In this document: piece by piece, positions 1 through 11,100 of the stretch | Layout: each line of letters starts with the position of its first letter | How positions within the stretch are numbered: position 1 is the stretch's first letter | Source: Antedon mediterranea | Lineage: Eukaryota; Animalia; Echinodermata | Length of the DNA: 64,000 nt | Direction: 5' to 3' | Assembly (NCBI RefSeq): GCF_964355755.1 | Contig: NC_092677.1 | Span: forward strand, 28,259,175 to 28,323,174 | Program-made: the position numbers and the translations under genes | The notes under the pieces: model-generated | What the model was told of the DNA's origin: nothing | The model's input: the letters and a program-made list of their open reading frames with translations, nothing else | Databases searched by the model: none

Positions 1-6
1 TTGTAG

Positions 7-2303
7 ATCTTGTGAAAGACAGTTCTTCAAGTCCTCTGAAAGAAAATCTGCTTGTATCTTTGGATTCTATTATTGGGTTAGCAACTAAACTAGCTTTTAT
101 TTCAGATGGTGAAAACAATTCATATAAGTCAACAGCAAGCATGTCATCCCAGTTGACGGATCATGACTACATGTTTCTACAAACTAAAGTTGATGAAGCT
201 GGAAACGAGTCAAGACTTAGATGTACATTATGCTCCATGTATACTGAGAACTTAAAAGAACATCTTGAGAAACAACACATGATTTATAAGGAAAAAGTAC
301 AAGAATTTGTGTCCAGTTACCTCGCAGATAGTAACAAAAACAAACCAGTGATGTGTATTGTATGTGAAACCGAGTACCAGACTTCAACTGATCTTAAAAA
401 ACATAAGTGCCCCAAAGTGGTATGTACCGATTGTAGTAGTGCATTTAATAATGATTCACTATATGAAAACCACACTTGCTTAAGAGTTAAAACTTGCGGA
501 AACTGCGAATATTCATTTAAAAATGTTGCTTTATTTATGAAACATATTTGTGAAAATCCCGAGAAACCTGGACAAAGTAAGGTTGAATTTGTAAATGGTG
601 GTGTTCAAATTGTAAATCAACAATGTGAAGAAAATGTGACTGAAGAAGATTTGGTTAAGCGTAAAAGACGCTGTTCTTTCTGCGCATTCAGTACTATCCA
701 TTCGACACAGCTTCTTAACCACTTCAAAGAAAAGCACATGAGTGACCAGGATGAGCAGAATACAACCAGTGAAAATGTGGATATTAATACGGATGATGAA
801 ACTACAACTCAACTAAGTGAGAAATGCAAACGTTGCAGACGTACAGTACCAAACCTTGACAAACACAGACTTGTTTGTCAAGATCAAAAAGGCAAGACAT
901 GCATTCTGTGCAAACACTATTCACGTGACACACATGATTATAAAATACATGTTGATACTCATAAGGTATGGCTTGATTTTGATGACGTAAAACATGCCAA
1001 AGAACACATAGATGACAATAATGATACTACAATTGCAGAAAGCGATAAACAGAGCACAACATCCATAAATATTGATTGCTCAACGCTAACCTCTGAAGAT
1101 GTAGATAAAATTGTAATGAAAATTACCAAAGAAAATTTAAATGATACACAAGAAAATGCAGAATATCCAGTAAAGGAAGAATCTAGCCGCAACCAAAACA
1201 CTCGCAAGTGCAAATCTTGCGGCAAGTTTATCGTGATTGACGTCTTACAACATCATATGCTAGTGTCGCACAACAAGGTCAGGTTCTTCAGGTGTTTTCT
1301 TGATACTTGCGTGAAAGTTTTCTCAAAGCTTGACAAATTTACTGACCATGTCAAACTACACTCTGAAAGTAAAGATATGCTGTGGTGTGGATGCAAGACT
1401 TGCGTGCAGATGCAACCGTCAGGCATAGCGAAAAGAAAAGAATTAAGGAAAGAAAAAATGAGACAATATTATCACAAAATGATGTATAAATGCAAAATCT
1501 GCTGGAGTAAGTTTCCCACTGAAGCAGGCTTGTTGAAACATAACAGCAATGAATCGCATCACTACCCTTGCCATGTATGCGGCAAAGTACAAGTTAGCAT
1601 CCGGCAGCTGAAAATACATATGCCTACTCACGACACTGCACGACTTCATCTGTGTGACATATGTGGTTTGGGGTACAAAACAAATAGAGATCTGAAGAAA
1701 CACAGAAACAATCATTCAGACGAACGTCCATTTGTGTGCGATTCGTGCGGAAAAGCTTTCCCAACAAAAGTTAAACTCAACCGCCATTTTGTTTGTGTGC
1801 ATAATCCTATAAAGGCATTTCCTTGTACTTACGATGGATGCGAGAAAAGATTTTCACGTAAAGATAAGCTAAAGGATCACCTTAACACCCATTTGGATGT
1901 TGAGCCGTTTAAGTGTCCGTATTGTAATAAAGGGTTTTACCGATCAGACAATCTGAGGGATCATGAGGTGCTGCATACCCGCAACTATAGATTCAAATGT
2001 ACTATGTGTGATAAAGGTTATATGAGACCTAAGCTATTGCAAGTTCACAAACAACGAGAACACAGCAGTGACCAGCAGCACCAGCAGCAGGAGGTTGATA
2101 AACAAAATAAACAAGACACTAATTTTCCTCCACTGTATGCTCTATATTCACAACATCCAATACAGATTCTACCTGAAGCCATCCACAACCTAACAGCAGT
2201 CCAACAGCTTGTCAATGAACAGCAGCAGTCTGCCATTGATCAGTACCACCAGCAAACATTAAGTACTGCAGTTCCAAATATGGCAGTGTTTGACACTCTA
2301 TGA
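7..2303 (+). CDS. Last coding exon of a multi-C2H2 zinc-finger protein, divergent paralog of the adjacent ZNF341 (gene starts upstream of the window)
   Basis: Acceptor ttgtag at 1-6, then an open frame to TGA 2301-2303. The C-terminal finger array (FRCFLDTCVKVFSKLDKFTDHVKLH...YKCKICWSKF...HNPIKAFPC...GCEKRFSRKDKLKDH) aligns finger by finger with the neighbouring ZNF341. Confidence 0.85.
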
Positions 2304-2787
2304 CCTGACACAAGGATCCAAACTATTGCAATTTGATTGGTCAAAACGTAATGATTGGTACAGTATAAGAATGGAGGGAATCCTCAGTTTAAGTGGCATG
2401 CTATATCATATAGGACTGTACCTGTCAAAATCAAGTTTTCATTTTAGCTGCTTTCTAATAAAAAAATGTTTCCATAGTATGCCTTGTAACACTTCTTATG
2501 ATTAGTATGCAACATCTGTAGGTTTTGAGATTGTCTGTCTGTCTGTCTGTCCACTAATAAAATTCTATATTTGCATGTTATAAAAAGAGTAATATAATTT
2601 GATATTAAAAAAAAAGTGATTTGTAATGTTTTGAATCTTATTTCGTTTGTTATAAAAATATATAACGTTTAAAAAGCTTTAACTACCAAATTTTATATAA
2701 AAACAATCCATAAAGATTTTTGTTAAAATAATAACGAAATTATTAAGTTACTGCAAACATGATTTTGAAATGTAAAAAAAAATGCAT

Positions 2788-3147
2788 TAACTATAGATAA
2801 CCCCACCTATTGCATCTGGATAGTTACTATAGATAACCCCACCTATTGCATCTGGATAGTTACTATAGATAACCCCACCTATCGCATCTGGATAGTTACT
2901 ATAGATAACCCCACCTATTGCATCTGGATAGTTACTATAGATAACCCCACCTATCGCATCTGGATAGTTACTATAGATAACCCCACCTATCGCATCTGGA
3001 TAGTTACTATAGATAAAATCACCTATTGCATCTGGATAGTTAATAGATAACCCCACCTATCGCATCTGGATAGTTACTATAGATAACCCCACCTATTGCA
3101 TCTGGATAGTTACTATAGATAACCCCACCTATCGCATCTGGATAGTT
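2788..3147. repeat. 36-bp minisatellite, about 10 copies
   Basis: Unit actatagataaccccacctat(t/c)gcatctggatagtt repeated head to tail. Confidence 0.95.
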
Positions 3148-5112
3148 GATTTTTTAACATTATCATAATTATTGTAAGTGATTATTGTAATTGTTTAATG
3201 AAAATTGTACAAATATTAAAATTGGTAATAAGGCTTTTGTGTGTGGTTAGGGTTTACTCCATGGTGGTTCACGCTGTTTGTATTTTATAATTTGTTTTTG
3301 TTGAATTAACGTCACGGCCCGCATGTAGTCTGGGTTCCAGACGGAGTTTTGTCTTAATATTAGTTAAAAGATAAATATTTTGGCACATATGGCGTTTCAT
3401 ACGTATACTACTTGATTTTGGATACTCCGTCTGGGGAAACACGCACAAGTCACGTGGTTTGACACCAAGAATTCTTGGTGCATACGATTATCCGGTTGAC
3501 TAGTTTCAGCTGCATGCGATTGGCTACTCTCTCGTACACCGTTTAAATATTCATATTTCAGAATTTCAAAGACTCAACAACTAAGATGATGCGCATGCGC
3601 TATGTTACGTTTAGAAAACGTGTACTTGGGTACATTTATGAAAGTTCTGAAAGCTATAAATTATTTTATATGCCTAGTAGTCTGGTAAACATTGGATGGG
3701 ATCTTTGAAACATGAAAACTCGTCTTGATATATGATAGGCTAGCTTCTCCGCAAATCAAACATTGAATGGATCATTTATTACGCGGAGATAATTTTGATT
3801 TAATTCCCACCCAGACCCTGTCCTGTTCTGTGTGGTGGTGTAGCCCTGTTGTGTGCCAGTGGTATGTAGGCCTACTTCATTGGCGTTTTATTTGGCAGGT
3901 CATACGTGCGAGTTGAGTAGGACCTACGAAAGAGGCCTAGGCCAAGGACTAAACAATTAATAAACAAAACAACTTGGCATTACTATTTTATATTTCAACA
4001 GTCTCGATCGTACATTAAGCACTGGTAGGCCTACGTACTCGATCTCTTTCATTTTGAAACAAAATGATCATTGGTTGATTCGAAATCCATATTACATACC
4101 ACCCGCCCCATATAGCCAAATACGGTATGATAACCTACGTCATTCTTATCGTATGTTTGCAGTCTGCAAATCGATTTCTATACGTGTTTCACAAGTCTGT
4201 ATTTTCAGACAAAAATCGCGGTCGAAATAAAAACAAATAAATAAAAAAAAAAGATAATACAGACTTGGGGCAAGTCTAGGCCCGCATGGTGCACATGAAT
4301 TGCATGCCTCACTCACTTGCTTACATTGTTTGTAATACTCACCAATGCTGGTTCTGGCGATATTTCGCGACTTTATTTCTGCTGTCGGTTTGGGTTTCAA
4401 AATAAAATAAAAATTAATTTTCCTTTAAAAAAATATATCCCAAACCCAATCTAGAGCTGAGAGCACTCAAACCTGAGCATTAACCATTGCGCCACAAAGT
4501 AGTACATGACTAAACAGCTGATAATAGTTTATTTATACATGTATTACGTAATTCATCATTACGTCATAACTATCATATTAATCTTGTTAAAACCAAAATG
4601 ACCAGTTAGCTCAGTCATGGGTTCGATTTGGTCGGTGGAATGCGAGCAACTGTGTTTGGGGTTCACAGAATTATACGTCCCTTTTCCACCACACATCTGC
4701 ATGAGGCAACAACATCAATGCATCTGGTGATGTGCTGGAAACGACCCCAAAAGGCTGTAGCAGGGCCTTCTTGGCAGGGAAAATTTTCATTTAAAAATTT
4801 TGTTAAGCAATATTGCTAATCAAACTGATTTTTAAGTCGAGAAACATAGTTTTGTATTGTATTTTTTGCTACACAATTTTCAAAATGAGTAGCAATAAGG
4901 TTGTTTTGTATAGCTTTTTGCTACGCTACACTGGCGAAAATGTTCCCTGCTTGGTGCTGGTGGCAGGGAGAGCACTTTTTTTTCAACCTGTATTCGGTCT
5001 GGTAAATTTTATGTTTGCCGCCCTCAATTTTCTCAACATTGAATTTTGTGGGGTAAACTGTCATGTGATCATATTTGTCCAATCAGACAACAACTGTAAA
5101 AAAACTCTAAAA

Positions 5113-8100
5113 ATGGCGACACAAACGCTTTTTGAAGCGCTATCTGGTTTGTATTTATTTTTTATGCTTATTACTAGTTATCTTTTTAGGGCGTCTGTTG
5201 CTCATATTTATGGGTAATACTTCTATGAATTATGTTTTGTTCCATAAAGAAATATTTAGTCTTTATTTCTTCTTTATTGTGGACGAGCAATATAAAAAGA
5301 TGACTCGTCTGTCAAACAACGGCAAGCATAGATAGGGCGCTACCTAGCTAGGCCTAGCCTATTGGCGGCCTGGCTAGATTTAGAAAGTGTCCTCCTAGCT
5401 AGTAAGGGAGATCGCCGATCCCCCGCCCGTTTTGGTAGTCGAACATGATGGTACTGTTAATGAAAATGCTAGGCCTAGCAATAATATTTATAAAATTTAA
5501 TTGGCCTAGTTCTATAGGCCTACTACTAGGCCTAGGATAGGCCTAGTTTAGTTAACACAGAAAAATACATAATAATCTACTCTAGCTAGTAGTAGGCTAC
5601 TTTATACTAGGGCCTAGTACTAGAAGACTGGTACTAGGCTAGGCCTATAGGCCTAATTTAATACTACTACACTACAACAAACCACAATGCAAATACAAAA
5701 AGGGAGATCCCAAGTAAAAAGTAAACAAATAAATTGCAATGCAAAGGCCCAAAGCAAGTCAAAATCAATCGCTATACAGTATAGCCTATAGATAGGGTCT
5801 GCATATAGATGGTATATTGTCATTGAATATCAGTAGTAAACTGAAACATTTCCCCCATAGGTATTGATAACCAAACAGCATTAGCAGTTCAGTCATTACT
5901 GGAGACATCTACATCTGTACACGAACCACCACAAGCAGGTCTGTATTATACAGTGTATTACCATTTGCTTTCTTTGTAAAACTTTTTACTCTTTGATCTT
6001 GCAAAAACATATTAAGTAATATCTGCTCTGTATTTATATTGGTAATAATTACAGTGTATTACCACTCTACTCGCTTTCTTTGCTTTTAAATGCAAAAACA
6101 TGTATAAAGTATTAACAATATCTTTATTTGAATTACAGATGATGAAGATGTGTTTCAATGTGGTAAATGCAAGAAGCAGTTCACAAATCTGCCAATGTTC
6201 ATGAATCATAAAAACAGTAATTGCTTAGCTAACATATCACGATCAGTAAACAGTGCGTTTACTAGCTCTATCAATCAGAATAATCTGAATCGTTCCATCC
6301 AGTTCAATACAGCGGTTTCACAATCTCCTCTAGCTCAACTAACAGCTCAAAATGTCATTCTTAGTGAAGAGGTACTTATATCACCATTTAGCTCAGTGGA
6401 TCATCTTCCAAACAATGTCCTTCAAACTAATAATTTAACTAGCGTTCCATTTGTGACGCAGCAAACTCAACCTCAGCGTAATAATGTTAATCAGCAGTGT
6501 TTTACTTCTGTAGCTGCAATCAACACAGCTTCATTTGCAACTTTGTCTCAAAATCATGTGACTTTTAGCACCCCTGGCATTGCTAGACCAACACCAACCA
6601 CAGCCCCTCTTCTCAACATTGCTGACAATACTCAAAATCTGGTTCAGGAAGAACTACTTGTTAATCAGAGTAAGGTTCCAAAGACCCTAAGTTATATTAA
6701 TTTTGTGAAAGATTATAATGAACTTGCTCGTGATAAATCGGCTGGAAGTAATATAAAAACTGCAAAACGAGAAGGCAAGTATAAGTGTACATATTGTGAT
6801 AAAACATTCCCAAAGAAGTTTGATTTAAACCAGCACATTCGCAGTCACACTGGAGAAAAACCTTTTCAATGTATTGTTTGTGGCAGAGCCTTTGCACAAA
6901 AATCTAACGTGAAAAAGCACATGCAGACACACAAGGTTTGGCCCTCAGGACGTGGTAACACACTCCCGAAAAAGGTGAGTTTATTTTGGGGGTGGTTTTT
7001 TTTTTTTTAATTTGAGCATTAAAACCAGTTAGTAGATTTTCAAACATTTGATAGGTGTTCTTTCAATAAATCAAAACCCAGCTAAAAGAAATTTTTTTTT
7101 AGCCAATAAGCAAAATAACATCAAAAGATTGTGAAGAGGAGAATGCAGGTCAAGAAAATGAAATGGTGCAACAGCAACAACAGGAAACTGGTAAGAGTTT
7201 TTCAAGGACTTTTATTGGCTATACCAGAAATAAAATAGAATATGTATACATACAGTCTATGGATTCTCTCAGTAGATTTTGTAACTTGTAGCAGGAGAGA
7301 AGAATGCATTGTAAAACCAATATTGTAATGTACAATACTCTCAGTAGATTTTGTAACTTGTAGCAGGAGAGAAGAATGCATTGTAAAACCAATATTGTAA
7401 TGTACAATACTCTCAGTAGATTTTGTGGCTTATGCTGTAAATATATTTTGTATCTTGTAGTTGGAGAGCAAGTCAAAGAATGTATGGTAACAACACAACA
7501 GACTGCTGAGTCCATTATTGTTGATAACTCATACCTTTGTAGTTTTTGTGATAAATCTTTCAAGTCTTACTTCAAACTTAAAACGCATATGAATCAACAT
7601 AAGAATGAACAAGTAAGTGTTAAAACATTTTAAGTTCGTAATTTGCTTTGGTAGAATTATGCTTGATTGTTGCAAACATAGAAAATAACGCATAATGACT
7701 ACTTAAGTATTTATTTAAATAGGAAAGTTTATTTTCACTTTTCTGGAATTGTTCCTTTTATCTCTTATAATAACATTTACATTTCAATTGCATTTTTGCT
7801 GGCTGTCGTCTGTCCAATCCAGTCATACACCAAATGGCCATTAACAAACACTTTATTTAATTGTTTAATCACATTTTTCTTGGTTATCTGTAGGTATTCA
7901 AGTGTATCCTAAAGTCATGTGGTAAAACGTTTAAGAACCTTGAATCATTTCTTGAACACACCAAGACGCATGAGATGGAAATGTCGTACCGATGTCACAT
8001 GTGCTGTAAGAACTTTGCTTCTCTTTATGAGTTAGGAGTCCATCAGTACTCCCACAGTTTGTATCCAAATCAAGGTCCAAGAGTAGTGCAGAAGTGAGTT

Positions 8101-11100
8101 CTCTTTTTGTTATTTTAGCACAAACATTTGGGAGCTTTAAATTTGCGACGACCTACCCGGGTCAGGTCATTGATGTGCTATCGGTCAGGACCTAGAAATC
8201 ATCAAAACTGTGTGGAGCATGTCCCAATATCGCTGTATGAGCACAGTGGATTAACATGGTATACTTTGGTTGTCGTAAATCGATAGCTCCCTATTATGTG
8301 CTGTTGTGCTTAAACTATTGTTGTTTTTACTATTATTTTTCAAGATTGGTTCAAAGAATGTTGTTTTTTTTTCAGCACCGACTTCAACATCAAGTTCTGT
8401 TATTAGAGTGCAGTTACATTTAGTTTATGTCTTTTAAGATATAATAGTCCAGTCAAAAATCACCCTCACCATGGTATAAGAACGTACCCTAATAAAATTT
8501 CATCCGTAGGTTCTATGTATATAGGTAATAACATTTCTTGATGTTGCGTCTTGCAAAACTTGGGATTTTACGAGAAAATTTGACTTTTATACCCAATTTA
8601 TAACTACCTCATGTCGTATTATTGTGTACAGCGAATGCGACGAAGCGTGACTGAAATTACGAGACACCGTTAGCGCCCGTTGAAAAATGCATTAACAAAG
8701 CTAAAAACCTACAAAACTAATAGTTTATACAATGATTTAAATATAGTTTACAATAAATTGTATAATAAAATACATAACATATAGAGAAAACTCAAATATA
8801 AACTAAAATATTTACAGATATGTGTTTAAAAATGTACAAATCAAAATGGCCTTCCATAAAATAAAGTGCGCCCTCACGAGTCATACTTTTATCGGACTTG
8901 TATATGAATAAATAAATATACGAAACCCGATGCGGTTTATTAGTTATTGCCTTTTTTTTACGCAAGAGGCATAATATTTTATTTTCACAAATTTATTTAT
9001 ATTTTTTATCATGGAAAAAAGGATTGTATATATTTAAAAACATTACAACCTCCAGTATACCATCATGATGGATAAAGTGTATATTTGTATATCTGCTGGA
9101 GCGTAATGATTTACTAGTTCTGCTGGTTTTATTTTGGACATTTTTGTTTCCACAGCATTCCTTGCGTGGATATCACAATGCATTGCATATTTTGAACTGC
9201 CATTCGCGATTCTAATCTTAATTAGAGTAAGAACCAATCATTTAAGGATAATCAATTACGCGTAGGCCTATACGAAAGATACTACCTCAAGTAGGCCTTT
9301 CACTTTCCTACAATTATTTAGAGCGTATCAAAGGGGCTGGTCGGGATTCATCTAAATCAACATTTTTCATTTTCCCTTTTCACCCGCCGCCACCAACCAC
9401 TTCCCCCACTGCCAATGAGGAGGAGTTGCCGGTTTGATCCTCTCTGAATCCGTCTAGCCTCCACATCGTACCGATGTGTGAAGTTTGAGCCAATAAACGT
9501 CATTTATGACGATTCTTTAAGTTCGAAGTCGTCTTCCAGAATTCAAAGTATTCTAAAGTTAACGTATTTTCCCGTTTTTCCACCATTCACATTTCACTAA
9601 ATAAAAGATAGTGAGATGTGGGAGTGTGATGTAAGATTCGCGAGAAACGACAACATACAGTATTACCCAATTCTCCTTTTTTTTAAGACGTGACGTAATA
9701 AATACATTCTAATATAAAGTTTTTTTGGTGGAGAGTAGTCCTACAATGATAATTATTATTGGACATTTTATACACAAAAGCATGTCATAAACGATTGGTT
9801 CACCTCCACGGCCTGACCTGAAAGTTCTAACTTGGGACGAGAAAGTAAAGTCCACAAAAAACTTTTTATATGCATTTATTTCAAATATTGTTTTCCGCCG
9901 AGTCCGACGCATTTTAATGAATTTGAATAATATTTATAAAGCTTGGAAGAACACTGTAGTTTAATTTGTTGGCTTATTCAATTGCTTATAAATGACGTTT
10001 TAAAACGCAACGAAGATGTAGGCTATTGTCCCAAAAAGTGAAGATGTAGATTAGTTAATTAAACGTAAAAGTTATCCGTCAGACGTCTCGAACATAAAGA
10101 ATATTCGGTGGCAGGATTACATTTTCTAAAAGACGAAATTGTCTCACACATCATACGATATGGATGAATCAATTCAAAGAAACTTAAACAAAACTAACAA
10201 TCACAAGGATTAACTTCGTTGCGGATAACCAATAAGAAAATATTTCAGACGACTTTATTCATTTAAATCGTATACGCGAAATGGACTGTCATATAAAAAT
10301 GATTCTTACTCAAATTAACATTGACTATAATCGCGAATATACAATGCATTGTGATATCCACGCAAGTAATGCTGTGAAAAAAAAAGAATGTCCAGAATAA
10401 AACTAGGTAGATAACTAGGAGATTATTACGCTTTAGCAGATATACAATACGGCGCAATTCACTTAATCCATCATGATGGTAGACTGGAGGTTGTAATGTG
10501 TTTAAATATATACAATCCTTTTTTCCATGATAAAAAATAGAAATATATTTGTGAAAATATAATATTCTGCCTCTTGCAGAGGCAATAACTAACAAATCGC
10601 ATCGGGTTTCATATATTAATGCCTTGTATAACCATTCCATACAAGTCCGATAAAAGTATGACTCATGAGGGCGCACTTTATTTTATGGAAGGCCATTTTG
10701 ATTTGTACATTTTTAAACACATATCTGTAAATATTTTAGTTTATATTTGAGTTTTATCTATACAGTGGGACAGCCAGTCGACAAATCGTGTCAAATTTCG
10801 ACTCGGAGAGGGCGCCCTACTTTTCTAATTTAGTTCAAAATGGCTAAATTTTAGGGTGTTGGAAAAACACAATATTTGTAAATTTAGTTGATTATCGGAA
10901 AAATGTTGTTAGTGAAATAAATTCATAAATGGTTTTAATATATTGTCATGTAAAATTAAATGTATTTGAACAAAACGATAATCTGTAATTTAACGGCAAA
11001 ATCAACCAATGTCTTTTTTCCGAAATTGTACCCTAGAAAATCATTAAAATAAAATATTTAGAAAAATTGAACAGTCCTGAATTTAAAATCCCTGTTAGAA

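Noticed and set aside
531-2236. Antisense ORFs within the first zinc-finger exon
   Set aside because: Shadow frames of the real coding strand with no independent features.
4455-4640. tRNA-like A/B-box fragments (gtggcgcaatgg on minus; tagctcagt...ggttcga on plus), also near 18330
   Set aside because: No complete cloverleaf; at most decayed tRNA-derived SINE heads.
4813-5217. 134-aa ORF overlapping the ZNF341 start
   Set aside because: Only [11 protein letters not shown](G) is real exon; the rest is promoter and intron sequence in the same frame.
8130-8291. Possible intronic snoRNA or pre-miRNA hairpin
   Set aside because: No convincing C/D or H/ACA boxes at the expected positions; terminal inverted repeats fit a MITE better.
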